From positions 49,486 to 113,485 of the forward strand of contig JAVEYB010000003.1 in NCBI GenBank assembly GCA_034003725.1: a stretch of DNA of 64,000 bases, given 5' to 3'. Under the pieces are notes generated by a model. It did not search any database and was not told where the DNA came from. It saw only the letters and a list, made by a program, of their open reading frames with translations. Position 1 is the stretch's first letter. Each line of letters begins with the position of its first letter. This document shows, one piece after another, positions 28,313-36,481 of this stretch. The stretch is from Candidatus Zixiibacteriota bacterium. GTDB taxonomy: Bacteria > Zixibacteria > MSB-5A5 > GN15 > FEB-12. The position numbers and the translations under genes are program-made.

Positions 28313-29583
28313 TGCGATTCGCGCCGATGACAGACGGGGGACGTCGCACTCGCCTCACGGTCGTTGTCCTCGCAGCGTGCTTCACCATCAGTATTATCGC
28401 CGTCTCCGTATCGGGGCAGTCGGAGACCGTTTCCATCGCGCCCGCCGATACCGCAATCGCGGTTCGCCCGCCCGCGCCTCCGACCTCGGTGGTTGCCGAG
28501 GACTACAAGTACGACAACGCCAAGCATCTCGTCTTGTCGTGGGTGCCCTCGATTGACGATCAGCCCGGCCGCACGCTGGTCCTGGGCTATCGCATTTTCC
28601 GTTCGTCGGGCGGCGGGGCTTTTATGCCTGCGGGCTCGGCGCTGCCCGGCGCGTCCTCGTTCCGCGACGAACGATTGAGCAAAGATTCCAGCTACGTGTA
28701 CTATGTCGCGGCGGTATCCGCCACCGATACGGTGGCGTCGATCAAAACGCAGGCGATTTCGCCGAAGCGCGAGTATCTGCATCTCGATCTGGTCTGGCTG
28801 TTCGTGATCGCGTTCTGCATATCTTCGTCGGTCATCTACTTCATCTGGAAAGCGCGCGCGGGCAAGAAGCTTTTTGTCCGCAAGATTGCGGGGTTGGACG
28901 CGGTCGACGAGGCCATCGGCCGCGCGACCGAGATGGGCCGCCCCATACTGTTTATTCCAGGCATACAGGACATGGACGACGTACAGACGATCGCCGGGCT
29001 GACGATACTGGGGCGGGTCGCCAAGCAGATCGCCGACTACGACACGCGCATCCGCATGCCGGTGTCGCGTTCGCTGGTGATGACGGCGGCGCGAGAGACG
29101 ATCAAGGCCGCCTACCAGATCGCGGGCCGCCCCGACGCGTACTCCGACGACATGGTGAATTACGTGACCGATGAGCAGTTCGGGTACGTGGCCGCGGTGG
29201 ACGGTATCATGGTTCGCGAGAAACCAGCCACGATCTTTCTGCTCGGCGCGTTTTTCGCCGAATCGCTCATTCTGGCCGAGACCGGAAATTCTATCGGCGC
29301 AATCCAGATCGCCGGCACCGCGCGACCGGCCCAGCTGCCGTTTTTTATCGCCGCGTGTGACTTCACGCTGATCGGCGAAGAGCTGTTTGCGGCGTCGGCG
29401 TATCTTTCCGGCGAGCCCAAGCAGCTTGGCTCGCTGAAGGGTCAGGATGTCGGCAAGGGACTGGCCATGGCGGCCATTCTGCTGGGTGTGCTGTCCGTGA
29501 CGCTCGGGCAGGCGTTTGATATCGGCTTCTTCAACTGGCTGGCCGACGGTCTGTCGACCATCTTCTCGGCGGCGGTGGAATAG
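28312..29583 (+). CDS. Cassette subunit A2 (paralog of A1)
   Basis: GTG start overlapping the D1 stop (TAGTG); ATG 28327 is an alternative. FN3-like pattern 'HLVLSWVPS..GYRIFRSS..YVYYVAAVS'. The core is about 74% identical to A1 by my hand count over about 195 aligned residues. Confidence 0.8.
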   Translation: MRFAPMTDGGRRTRLTVVVLAACFTISIIAVSVSGQSETVSIAPADTAIAVRPPAPPTSVVAEDYKYDNAKHLVLSWVPSIDDQPGRTLVLGYRIFRSSGGGAFMPAGSALPGASSFRDERLSKDSSYVYYVAAVSATDTVASIKTQAISPKREYLHLDLVWLFVIAFCISSSVIYFIWKARAGKKLFVRKIAGLDAVDEAIGRATEMGRPILFIPGIQDMDDVQTIAGLTILGRVAKQIADYDTRIRMPVSRSLVMTAARETIKAAYQIAGRPDAYSDDMVNYVTDEQFGYVAAVDGIMVREKPATIFLLGAFFAESLILAETGNSIGAIQIAGTARPAQLPFFIAACDFTLIGEELFAASAYLSGEPKQLGSLKGQDVGKGLAMAAILLGVLSVTLGQAFDIGFFNWLADGLSTIFSAAVE

Positions 29584-29585
29584 TC

Positions 29586-30263
29586 ATGAAACGCCAGGTA
29601 CCCCTGTTCATCACGTTTTTCGTGGGCACGCTGCTGATCGTGTCGGTGTTCAGCCCGCCTATCGAAACGCTGGGCGAAGATTTCTCCGTGTTTTTCGATA
29701 TCATCGCGGTGTTCGCCTTTTTCCTCGGCGGCGGCAATCTGCTGCGCGTGCATTTGACGAAAATCTCGCGCCGGAAGCACGACTGGGCGTACTCGATCGT
29801 CACGCTGGTCGGATTCGTCGTCATGCTCTGGGCCGGGTTGTTCAAGGTGTGGAACGAGGGCGGCATCGCCGCCTCGGTGACGGCCGAGGAGTCCCTGTTC
29901 GGGATGATTTTCAACTCGGTGCTGATTCCGCTTCAGTCGACCATGTATTCGCTTCTGGCGTTTTTCATCGCCTCGGCGTCCTATCGCGCGTTCCGGGCCA
30001 AAAACCGTGAGGCGACGATTCTGCTGGTGGCCGCCTTCATCATTCTGCTCGGTCGCACCGCGTTCGGCACCATGTTGACCGCGTGGATGCCGTCGAGCCT
30101 GTCGGCGATGGAGATCCCGAATCTGGCTATCTGGATCATGAATTCACCAAACCTGGCCGGACAGCGTGCGATCCTGATCGGAATCGGGCTGGGTGTCGTT
30201 TCGATGTCGCTGCGTATTATTCTCGGCGTCGAACGGACGTACCTGGGGGATGACGGCAAATGA
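29586..30263 (+). CDS. Cassette subunit B2 (paralog of B1)
   Basis: 'MKRQVPLFITFFVG', 'LAFFIASASYRAFRAKN' and 'AGQRAILIGIGLGVVSMSLRIILGVER'. Confidence 0.8.
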   Translation: MKRQVPLFITFFVGTLLIVSVFSPPIETLGEDFSVFFDIIAVFAFFLGGGNLLRVHLTKISRRKHDWAYSIVTLVGFVVMLWAGLFKVWNEGGIAASVTAEESLFGMIFNSVLIPLQSTMYSLLAFFIASASYRAFRAKNREATILLVAAFIILLGRTAFGTMLTAWMPSSLSAMEIPNLAIWIMNSPNLAGQRAILIGIGLGVVSMSLRIILGVERTYLGDDGK

Positions 30264-31219
30264 TCTTCGACGTCCCCCTGCTGCTGCTGGCCGCCGGTAG
30301 CGAGGCTACCGCAGGTACCTATGTGTCTCTGCTCGTCATCGGGCTCGGCCTGCTCGCGCTTCTCTACGTGTCAATCAAGGCAATCGAAGTCGACCGCCGC
30401 GTCATCTTCTTGTTTATCTTCCTATCCGTTTCCGTGCCGATTCTCTTTCCGATCACGTTCGAGGAACAGGCGACGCCGGTCGTAAAGCGGGCGTTTGACC
30501 ATATCGAAAACCTTCCCGAGGGTTCGCGGGTGCTGCTGTCGTTCGACTTCGATCCCGCCATGGCGCCCGAAGTACAGCCGATGGCGGACGCAATCATGCG
30601 CCATGCCCTCGCGAAGAATCACAAAGTTATCTTCATGTCTCTCTGGGCGACGGGGCAGGGGCTGCTCGATCAGACCATGCGTCGTATTCTACCTGTCGAG
30701 TTTCCCGACAAGATCGACGGCAGAGATTACGTCTCGGTCGGATACACGGCCGGCAACGAAGGCGTTCTGAACGTGATCGTATCGGATTTCAAGAAGATGT
30801 TCCCGTCGGACGTCAACTCGGTTCCGCTCGACAGTATCGAGATTTTCGAGGGTGTTTCATCGTGCCGTGACCTTGACCTTGTCGTCACCTTCGGCGGCGG
30901 AAAGCCCGGCGCCAAGGAGTGGGTGCTTTTTGTCGGAGACCGTGCCAGCGTACCCGTTGCGGTCGGGGTGGCCGCCGTGGTGGCGCCGCAGATGTACCCG
31001 TATTTCCCCGACCAGGTGGTCGGCATTCTGGGAGGCATCAAGGGTGCGGCGGAGTACGAGTCTGAACTGATCAAGCAGTATCCGCAGTTCGCCGAGCGCG
31101 GCACGCCGGGTCTGGTGATGATGGGGCCGCAGACGCTGGCGCACGTCGTTATCATCGCCTTCATCGTATTCGGCAATGTCGCTTACTTCGTTGGGCGAAG
31201 AAGGGAGATGAAACGGTGA
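30260..31219 (+). CDS. Cassette subunit C2 (paralog of C1)
   Basis: ATGA overlap with B2. 'SFDFDPAMAPEVQPMADAI', 'YPYFPDQVVGILGGIKGAAEYE' and C-terminal TM 'HVVIIAFIVFGNVAYFVGRRR'. Confidence 0.8.
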   Translation: MIFDVPLLLLAAGSEATAGTYVSLLVIGLGLLALLYVSIKAIEVDRRVIFLFIFLSVSVPILFPITFEEQATPVVKRAFDHIENLPEGSRVLLSFDFDPAMAPEVQPMADAIMRHALAKNHKVIFMSLWATGQGLLDQTMRRILPVEFPDKIDGRDYVSVGYTAGNEGVLNVIVSDFKKMFPSDVNSVPLDSIEIFEGVSSCRDLDLVVTFGGGKPGAKEWVLFVGDRASVPVAVGVAAVVAPQMYPYFPDQVVGILGGIKGAAEYESELIKQYPQFAERGTPGLVMMGPQTLAHVVIIAFIVFGNVAYFVGRRREMKR

Positions 31220-32019
31220 AACGGTCATCGATCGTCATCCTCAGCGCCGTTGTCGTTTTGTTTCTGGTCAGTTGGATTTTGAAGGGCGCATCGTTCAGCG
31301 GCGACGACAATCCCTATCTGCGCGGCTTCCTGACAACCGCGGCGGCGTTTTTGACGTTGGCCGTGTTTTCGTTCCTGTACCAGGACAATCCGTTTTACAA
31401 GTTTGCGGAGCACCTGTTTGTCGGCGTTTCCGCCGCCTACTGGATGGTGCTCGGGTTCTGGCAGACGCTGGTCCGCAATTTGATTCCGCGTTTGTCCTCC
31501 GATTTGGCGGCCTGGTTCGAGACGCCGTCCAAAGACATCAGTCTCTGGTACATCATTCCCGTCATTTTCGGGTTGCTGTTGTTGATGCGACTGTCCAAGT
31601 CGGCCGGCTGGATCTCGCGCTGGCCGCTGGCGCTGATTATCGGATACACCGCGGGAATCAACTTCGTCGGCTACATGCGCTCCGACTTCGTAAATCAGAT
31701 TGCGGCCACGTTTGTGCCGCTGCTGGTGAACTGGCAGGGGACAGGAGCGTTTTTCAGCGACTTCTCGCTGGCGATCGACGGGCAGTTCGTCATGATGCTG
31801 TCGAACTGGGTGATTTTTGTCGGCGTCATGTGCGGTTTGATTTACTTCTTCTTTTCCAAGGAGCATACGGGCCTGTTCGGATCGGCGTCGAGGGTGGGCA
31901 TCTGGATTCTGATGATCACGTTCGGTGCGTCGTTCGGTTACACCGTCATGGGCCGCATCTCATTGCTGGTGGGACGGCTCACCTTCCTGTTCAGGGACTG
32001 GCTGGAACTGATCGGCTGA
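31216..32019 (+). CDS. Cassette subunit D2 (paralog of D1) with extra N-terminal TM segment
   Basis: GTGA overlap with C2. 'FLTLAVFSFLYQDNPFYKFAEHLFVGVSAAYW', 'YFFFSKEHTGLFG' and 'FGASFGYTVMGRISLLVGR'. Confidence 0.8.
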   Translation: MKRSSIVILSAVVVLFLVSWILKGASFSGDDNPYLRGFLTTAAAFLTLAVFSFLYQDNPFYKFAEHLFVGVSAAYWMVLGFWQTLVRNLIPRLSSDLAAWFETPSKDISLWYIIPVIFGLLLLMRLSKSAGWISRWPLALIIGYTAGINFVGYMRSDFVNQIAATFVPLLVNWQGTGAFFSDFSLAIDGQFVMMLSNWVIFVGVMCGLIYFFFSKEHTGLFGSASRVGIWILMITFGASFGYTVMGRISLLVGRLTFLFRDWLELIG

Positions 32020-32064
32020 TTGAGGATATTACACGCAGGTACTCTTCATGACTGTGGAGGGACT

Positions 32065-33678
32065 ATGACATATGTGCTACGGGCGTTCCTGGTCTTCGTG
32101 TGCCTGACGGGCACCGTGATCACGGCGCAGACCGACCCGCCGCCGGTGGATACGACGGCAGTGGAGGTCGCCGCGATCGCGCCGCCGGCGCCGGTGACCG
32201 GGCTTGTGGGCCGGGACAGGAACAACGATCACGGCCATGCCATCGACCTGAGCTGGACACCGTCGGTCGACGATCTGGAGAGTCCCGATGGGGCGAAGTC
32301 GGTCGTTCGGTACCGGATCATGATGTGGAAGCCGGCGTATGCGTATCACGTGGATACGCTCCGCCAGATGTACGAGATGGCGCGCAGCAGCCTGCCGCCC
32401 ATTCGCGTCTACAAGCCGCTGGTCGACTCCGCCCTGTCGCTGCTCAGCAAGGGCGTCGCGAGTGTCGCCGAACTGCCGTTTGCGGTCGCACTTCCCGAGG
32501 GGGTCGATTTCTCGGACACGACCGTGAACTGGATGGACCAGGTGCGGAGGTCGCTCGAGGACACGCTGGCCGCGATGACCGGCGAGGTTGAAATATCCAA
32601 GGATTCCGTCAAGAGCTTCCGTCGGGCCTTTCTCGCGGCGGTCGACTCGTTGCCGGCCGCCTACGGCGCCGCCGGCCCGTCGACCGGAGGCGGCCGCTGG
32701 GATTCGGTGGGGGCTGAAGTCCCCGGTGCGACCGGTTTCCGGCACTCCGGTTCCAAAGACGAGGTCTCACCGGATTTCCTGCCCGATTTCACCGACCTGT
32801 ATTACCGGGTCGACGCCGTGACGTCGGATGCCGCCATCTTTACGCCATCCGAGGGGTACGGTCCGGTGCAGGCATCCGGACAGTGGTATAACACGGGGCG
32901 TACGGTGGTGCTGATTTCGGTGCTCATTTTCACTATTCTGACGGTGACGTTCGTGTCCCATGCGCGCGGCGGCAAGCAGTTGTACGTTCGACCGCTGGCG
33001 GGAATCGAAGCGGTTGACGATGCGATCGGCCGCGCCACCGAAATGGGCAAACCGATCCTGTACGTGCTTGGCCTCGGCACGGCGGCCGATATCGCGACGA
33101 TCGCGTCGTTCACGATTTTGAGCCGCGTCGCCAAGCGTGTCGCCGAGTACCAGACGCAGTTGATCGTTCCGACCTACGACCCGATCGTCATGACGGTCGC
33201 GCAGGAGGTCGTGAAGTCGGCGTATCTTGACGCCGGTCGACCGGATGATTACAACGAAGATATCGTGTACTTCGTAACGCAGTCGCAGTTCGCGTACGTG
33301 GCGGCGGTCAACGGCGTGATGCTTCGCCAGCTGCCCGCGACGAACGTGTACATGGGACGGTTCTATGCCGAGTCGCTGATTCTCGCCGAGACCGGCGCGC
33401 TGGCCGGGTCGATCCAGATTGCCGGCACCGACGAGATCGCGCAGATTCCGTTCTTCGTCGTCGCCTGCGACTTCACGCTGATCGGCGAGGAGCTCTACGC
33501 GGCGTCGGCCTACCTCGGCGGCGAGCCGGTGCTGCTTGGATCGCTCAAGGCGCAGGATTACGCCAAGGCGCTCTTTGTGACCTGTGCGGTGCTGGCCTTT
33601 GTCGCCCTCGTAGTGGGGGATCTCACCGGCGCCGAGTGGATCGCACAATTCAAAGACTGGTTCAGAGTGTCGGATTAG
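32065..33678 (+). CDS. Cassette subunit A3 (paralog of A1/A2) with enlarged periplasmic head
   Basis: ATG preceded by GGAGGG; the listed TTG start at 32020 is an alternative. Signal peptide 'MTYVLRAFLVFVCLTGTVITAQT'. The FN3-like strands 'AIDLSWTPS..VVRYRIMMW' and 'LYYRVDAVTS' are split by a segment of about 150 aa. The core is about 57% identical to A1 by hand count. Confidence 0.75.
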   Translation: MTYVLRAFLVFVCLTGTVITAQTDPPPVDTTAVEVAAIAPPAPVTGLVGRDRNNDHGHAIDLSWTPSVDDLESPDGAKSVVRYRIMMWKPAYAYHVDTLRQMYEMARSSLPPIRVYKPLVDSALSLLSKGVASVAELPFAVALPEGVDFSDTTVNWMDQVRRSLEDTLAAMTGEVEISKDSVKSFRRAFLAAVDSLPAAYGAAGPSTGGGRWDSVGAEVPGATGFRHSGSKDEVSPDFLPDFTDLYYRVDAVTSDAAIFTPSEGYGPVQASGQWYNTGRTVVLISVLIFTILTVTFVSHARGGKQLYVRPLAGIEAVDDAIGRATEMGKPILYVLGLGTAADIATIASFTILSRVAKRVAEYQTQLIVPTYDPIVMTVAQEVVKSAYLDAGRPDDYNEDIVYFVTQSQFAYVAAVNGVMLRQLPATNVYMGRFYAESLILAETGALAGSIQIAGTDEIAQIPFFVVACDFTLIGEELYAASAYLGGEPVLLGSLKAQDYAKALFVTCAVLAFVALVVGDLTGAEWIAQFKDWFRVSD

Positions 33679-33691
33679 GAGGACATGACTG

Positions 33692-34342
33692 ATGAGACGA
33701 CAACTACCTTTCATACTTGTCTTCCTGGCCGGCTTCTTCATGATCTTCCAGTATTTCGTGCCGCACGAAAGATCGGAGTTCGTGTACGAGTTTCTGCTGG
33801 ACTGGTTGACGATTATCGGCGGATTCGCCATGGCGCTCGGCATCTGGTCGTTGATCCGTGTCTCGACGGACAAGATCAGGCGCAAGCGTGAAAACTGGGG
33901 CTATTCGATTATCACCCTCGCCGGTCTGTTCTCTATGATGTTTTTCGGCATCACGAACTGGGAGGACGGGTCGTTCGGGTTCTACATCTACACGGCTGAA
34001 GGCCTGAGCAATTCGATGTTCCGGCATTTCTTCGATTATATCCTTATTCCGATCCAGGCGACGATGTTTTCGCTGCTGGCGTTTTTCATCGCCTCGGCGG
34101 CCTACCGCGCCTTCCGCGCCCGCAGCGTGGTGGCGTCCTTGCTGCTGCTGGCGGCGCTGATCGTGATGATGCGGTTTAATCCGATGTTCGGGGCGTGGAT
34201 CGAGACGGTCGCCAACTGGCTGATGAACGTGCCCAATCTCGCCGCCCAGCGGGCGATCGTGATCGGCATCGGGCTCGGCATCGTGGCGACCGCGCTCAAG
34301 ATCATCCTCGGGATCGAACGCGGCTACATGGGACAAGGGTAA
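33692..34342 (+). CDS. Cassette subunit B3 (paralog of B1/B2)
   Basis: AGGAGG lies 8 nt upstream. 'MRRQLPFILVFLAG', 'LAFFIASAAYRAFRARS' and 'AAQRAIVIGIGLGIVATALKIILGIER'. Confidence 0.8.
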   Translation: MRRQLPFILVFLAGFFMIFQYFVPHERSEFVYEFLLDWLTIIGGFAMALGIWSLIRVSTDKIRRKRENWGYSIITLAGLFSMMFFGITNWEDGSFGFYIYTAEGLSNSMFRHFFDYILIPIQATMFSLLAFFIASAAYRAFRARSVVASLLLLAALIVMMRFNPMFGAWIETVANWLMNVPNLAAQRAIVIGIGLGIVATALKIILGIERGYMGQG

Positions 34343-34354
34343 GGAGAGAAGACT

Positions 34355-35230
34355 ATGAACTTTTTTGATCGGTTAATGAGACTTGACCGGCGCTGGGTCT
34401 TTCTCTTCCTCACCGTGGTGTGTGTGGCCGGCTATTATGTCGACTACTCCATACCGATCCGCGTGACCAAGGAGACCCGGTCCATCTACGACTTCATCGA
34501 TTCGTTGCCGCCGGGTGATATCGTGTTTGTCGCGATCGACTACGATCCGTCGAACCAGGCGGAGCTGCACCCCATGACCTACGCGATCATGGAACACGCA
34601 TTCCGCAAGAACCTGCGGATCATTTTCACGGCGCTCTCGCAGAACGGCCCCGGCATGGCGGACCAGGCGATTCGGGACATCACTGACTCGGTCGCACTCG
34701 ACCGGACCTACAACGGGATCGAATACAAGGGACGGCAAATCGTCAACGGCGTCGACTACACGTTTCTCGGATACAAACCGTACTTTTCGATTATCATCCT
34801 GAGTATGGGGCAGAACTTCCGGATCTCGTTCCCGACCGATTATTACGGGACGCCGCTGGATTCCATTCCGATGATGCGTGGCGTGCTCAACTACGACAAC
34901 GTGGCCTGCCTGATCGACCTGTCGGGCGGCAATATCACCGATGCGTGGATTTCGTACGGGCAGGGGCGTTACAATTTCCCGCTGGCGCTCGGTCTGACCG
35001 GCGTCATGACCGCGCAGTACTATCCGTACCTCAATTCCGGGCAGGTGTTCGGGATTATGGGCGGTATGCTTGGCGCGGCCCAGTATGAAAGACTGGCCGA
35101 TAATCCCGGGCTGGCGATTGACGGTATGCGGGTGCAGCTGCCGGCGCATATCGTTATCCTGCTGTTTATCATCATCGGGAACATCGGCTACTTCGTCACT
35201 CGGCGCAAAGTACAGCTGGAAGGGAGGTAA
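34355..35230 (+). CDS. Cassette subunit C3 (paralog of C1/C2)
   Basis: AAGGAGAG RBS. 'AIDYDPSNQAELHPMTYAI', 'YPYLNSGQVFGIMGGMLGAAQYE' and C-terminal TM 'HIVILLFIIIGNIGYFVTRRK'. Confidence 0.8.
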   Translation: MNFFDRLMRLDRRWVFLFLTVVCVAGYYVDYSIPIRVTKETRSIYDFIDSLPPGDIVFVAIDYDPSNQAELHPMTYAIMEHAFRKNLRIIFTALSQNGPGMADQAIRDITDSVALDRTYNGIEYKGRQIVNGVDYTFLGYKPYFSIIILSMGQNFRISFPTDYYGTPLDSIPMMRGVLNYDNVACLIDLSGGNITDAWISYGQGRYNFPLALGLTGVMTAQYYPYLNSGQVFGIMGGMLGAAQYERLADNPGLAIDGMRVQLPAHIVILLFIIIGNIGYFVTRRKVQLEGR

Positions 35231-35236
35231 CGAGGT

Positions 35237-36046
35237 ATGGACTTCACAACATTCTTGTGGACGACCCTGGGCGCCTTCCTGACGCTGGCCACGTTTTCCT
35301 TTTTGTATAAGGACAATCCCTTCTACAAGCTGGCCGAGCATCTGGTTGTCGGCGTGTCCGCCGGGTATTTCGTGATAATCGTGTGGCACGGCACCATGGT
35401 GCCGAACCTGTTCCAGAAGCTGGCCGACGGCGACTGGTTCATGTTGTGGCTGAATTCAACGCAGCCGTGGTATATCGTCCCGGGGATCCTCGGCATTCTC
35501 ATGTGGACGCGCTTCTCCCGGAAGTACGGCTGGTTGTCGCGCTGGCCGATGGCGCTGTATATCGGTATTGCTGCCGGTGTGGCAGTGCCGCTCGAGATGT
35601 CCAACAAGGTCAACAAGCAGCTGGTCGCGACCATGGTGGACATCAACTGGTCCAACTTCATGGGCACCGGCTTTTTTGATCCTTTCTCCGGACTGGCGAA
35701 CCTGCTGATCTTTATCGGGGTCATCGCCGGGCTGATCTACTTCTTCTTCTCGAAAGCCCACACGGGCGCGGTCGGAGGAGTGGCCAAGCTTGGGATCTGG
35801 ACGCTGATGATCGGATTCGGGGCGTCCTTCGGATTTACCGTGATGGCGCGTATATCGCTGTTTATCAACCGTCTGCAGTATCTGGATAAAAACTGGCGGG
35901 AGGCGGCATTTGATTCGTCGAACCCGAACTACGGCGCCGGATTCCAGATCGTGTTCTGGCTGATAATCGCGCTGATTGTGGTTTACGTCGTGCGGGAAAT
36001 AATGACTCACCTGAGTCACAAAAAGGCCAATTCGGCGACTGAGTAA
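35237..36046 (+). CDS. Cassette subunit D3 (paralog of D1/D2) with extra C-terminal TM segment
   Basis: 'FLTLATFSFLYKDNPFYKLAEHLVVGVSAGYF', 'YFFFSKAHTGAVG' and 'FGASFGFTVMARISLFINR', with a C-terminal extension 'FQIVFWLIIALIVVYVV'. Confidence 0.8.
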   Translation: MDFTTFLWTTLGAFLTLATFSFLYKDNPFYKLAEHLVVGVSAGYFVIIVWHGTMVPNLFQKLADGDWFMLWLNSTQPWYIVPGILGILMWTRFSRKYGWLSRWPMALYIGIAAGVAVPLEMSNKVNKQLVATMVDINWSNFMGTGFFDPFSGLANLLIFIGVIAGLIYFFFSKAHTGAVGGVAKLGIWTLMIGFGASFGFTVMARISLFINRLQYLDKNWREAAFDSSNPNYGAGFQIVFWLIIALIVVYVVREIMTHLSHKKANSATE

Positions 36047-36077
36047 GTCCTCGCACGGAAAAACGGGACTGAAAAAA

Positions 36078-36110
36078 ACTGCCCGGAAATAGTACCGGGC
36101 AGTTTTTTTA
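36078..36110 (+). terminator. Rho-independent terminator closing the 12-gene operon
   Basis: Stem actgcccgg / ccgggcagt, loop aaatagta, followed by a 7-T run. Confidence 0.8.
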
Positions 36111-36348
36111 TGTGGCATTTTTGAATCAGTGGAAGTATAAGATTGAGGTTTGAGTGTACTGACGGGCCGATTCCCCGATCGGCCTACGGGGGGCAGGCGA
36201 CGGGCGGCCGGGCAACATCTTGGGCCGCAACGCCGTAGCGAGAAATATCGCCATCCCGTAACAGGTTATCCCACAAGAGCTTACGACCGGATCAACTTCC
36301 TCTCGTGGGAACTCATTTACAGTCTGGGAGTTACCCGACTTTTTTTCG

Positions 36349-36396
36349 CTGTCAAGCAAAAAAGTACTTGACAGTCCGGCAAATTTTTCCTACCAT
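36349..36396 (+). promoter_or_regulatory. Sigma70-like promoter overlapped by a perfect 8-bp inverted repeat (possible operator)
   Basis: TTGACA (36368-36373), a 17-nt spacer, then TACCAT (36391-36396). The inverted repeat ctgtcaag (36349-36356) / cttgacag (36367-36374) covers the -35 element. Confidence 0.45.
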
Positions 36397-36481
36397 GGCG
36401 GCGGAGTGAGGGACCTTCACAAGACAACACTTTAGCCACGGAAAGGGTAGCAACCGCAACACATGGAAAGTGAGGTGGCTC

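Noticed and set aside
24730-36046. Considered whether the cassette is a disguised ECF/CbiMNQ, Rnf/Nqr, PTS-Man IIC/IID, Mrp or Tol/Exb-type system
   Set aside because: Subunit sizes and TM counts match some of these superficially. None of the signature motifs I know for those families is present, there is no ATPase or flavin/FeS subunit, and the A and C architectures have no counterpart in them. It remains unassigned pending profile searches.
24730-36046. Considered whether the three copies are an assembly artefact or a very recent duplication
   Set aside because: The nucleotide sequences differ extensively, even within identical peptide motifs. Each copy also has its own insertions and extensions and different junctions.
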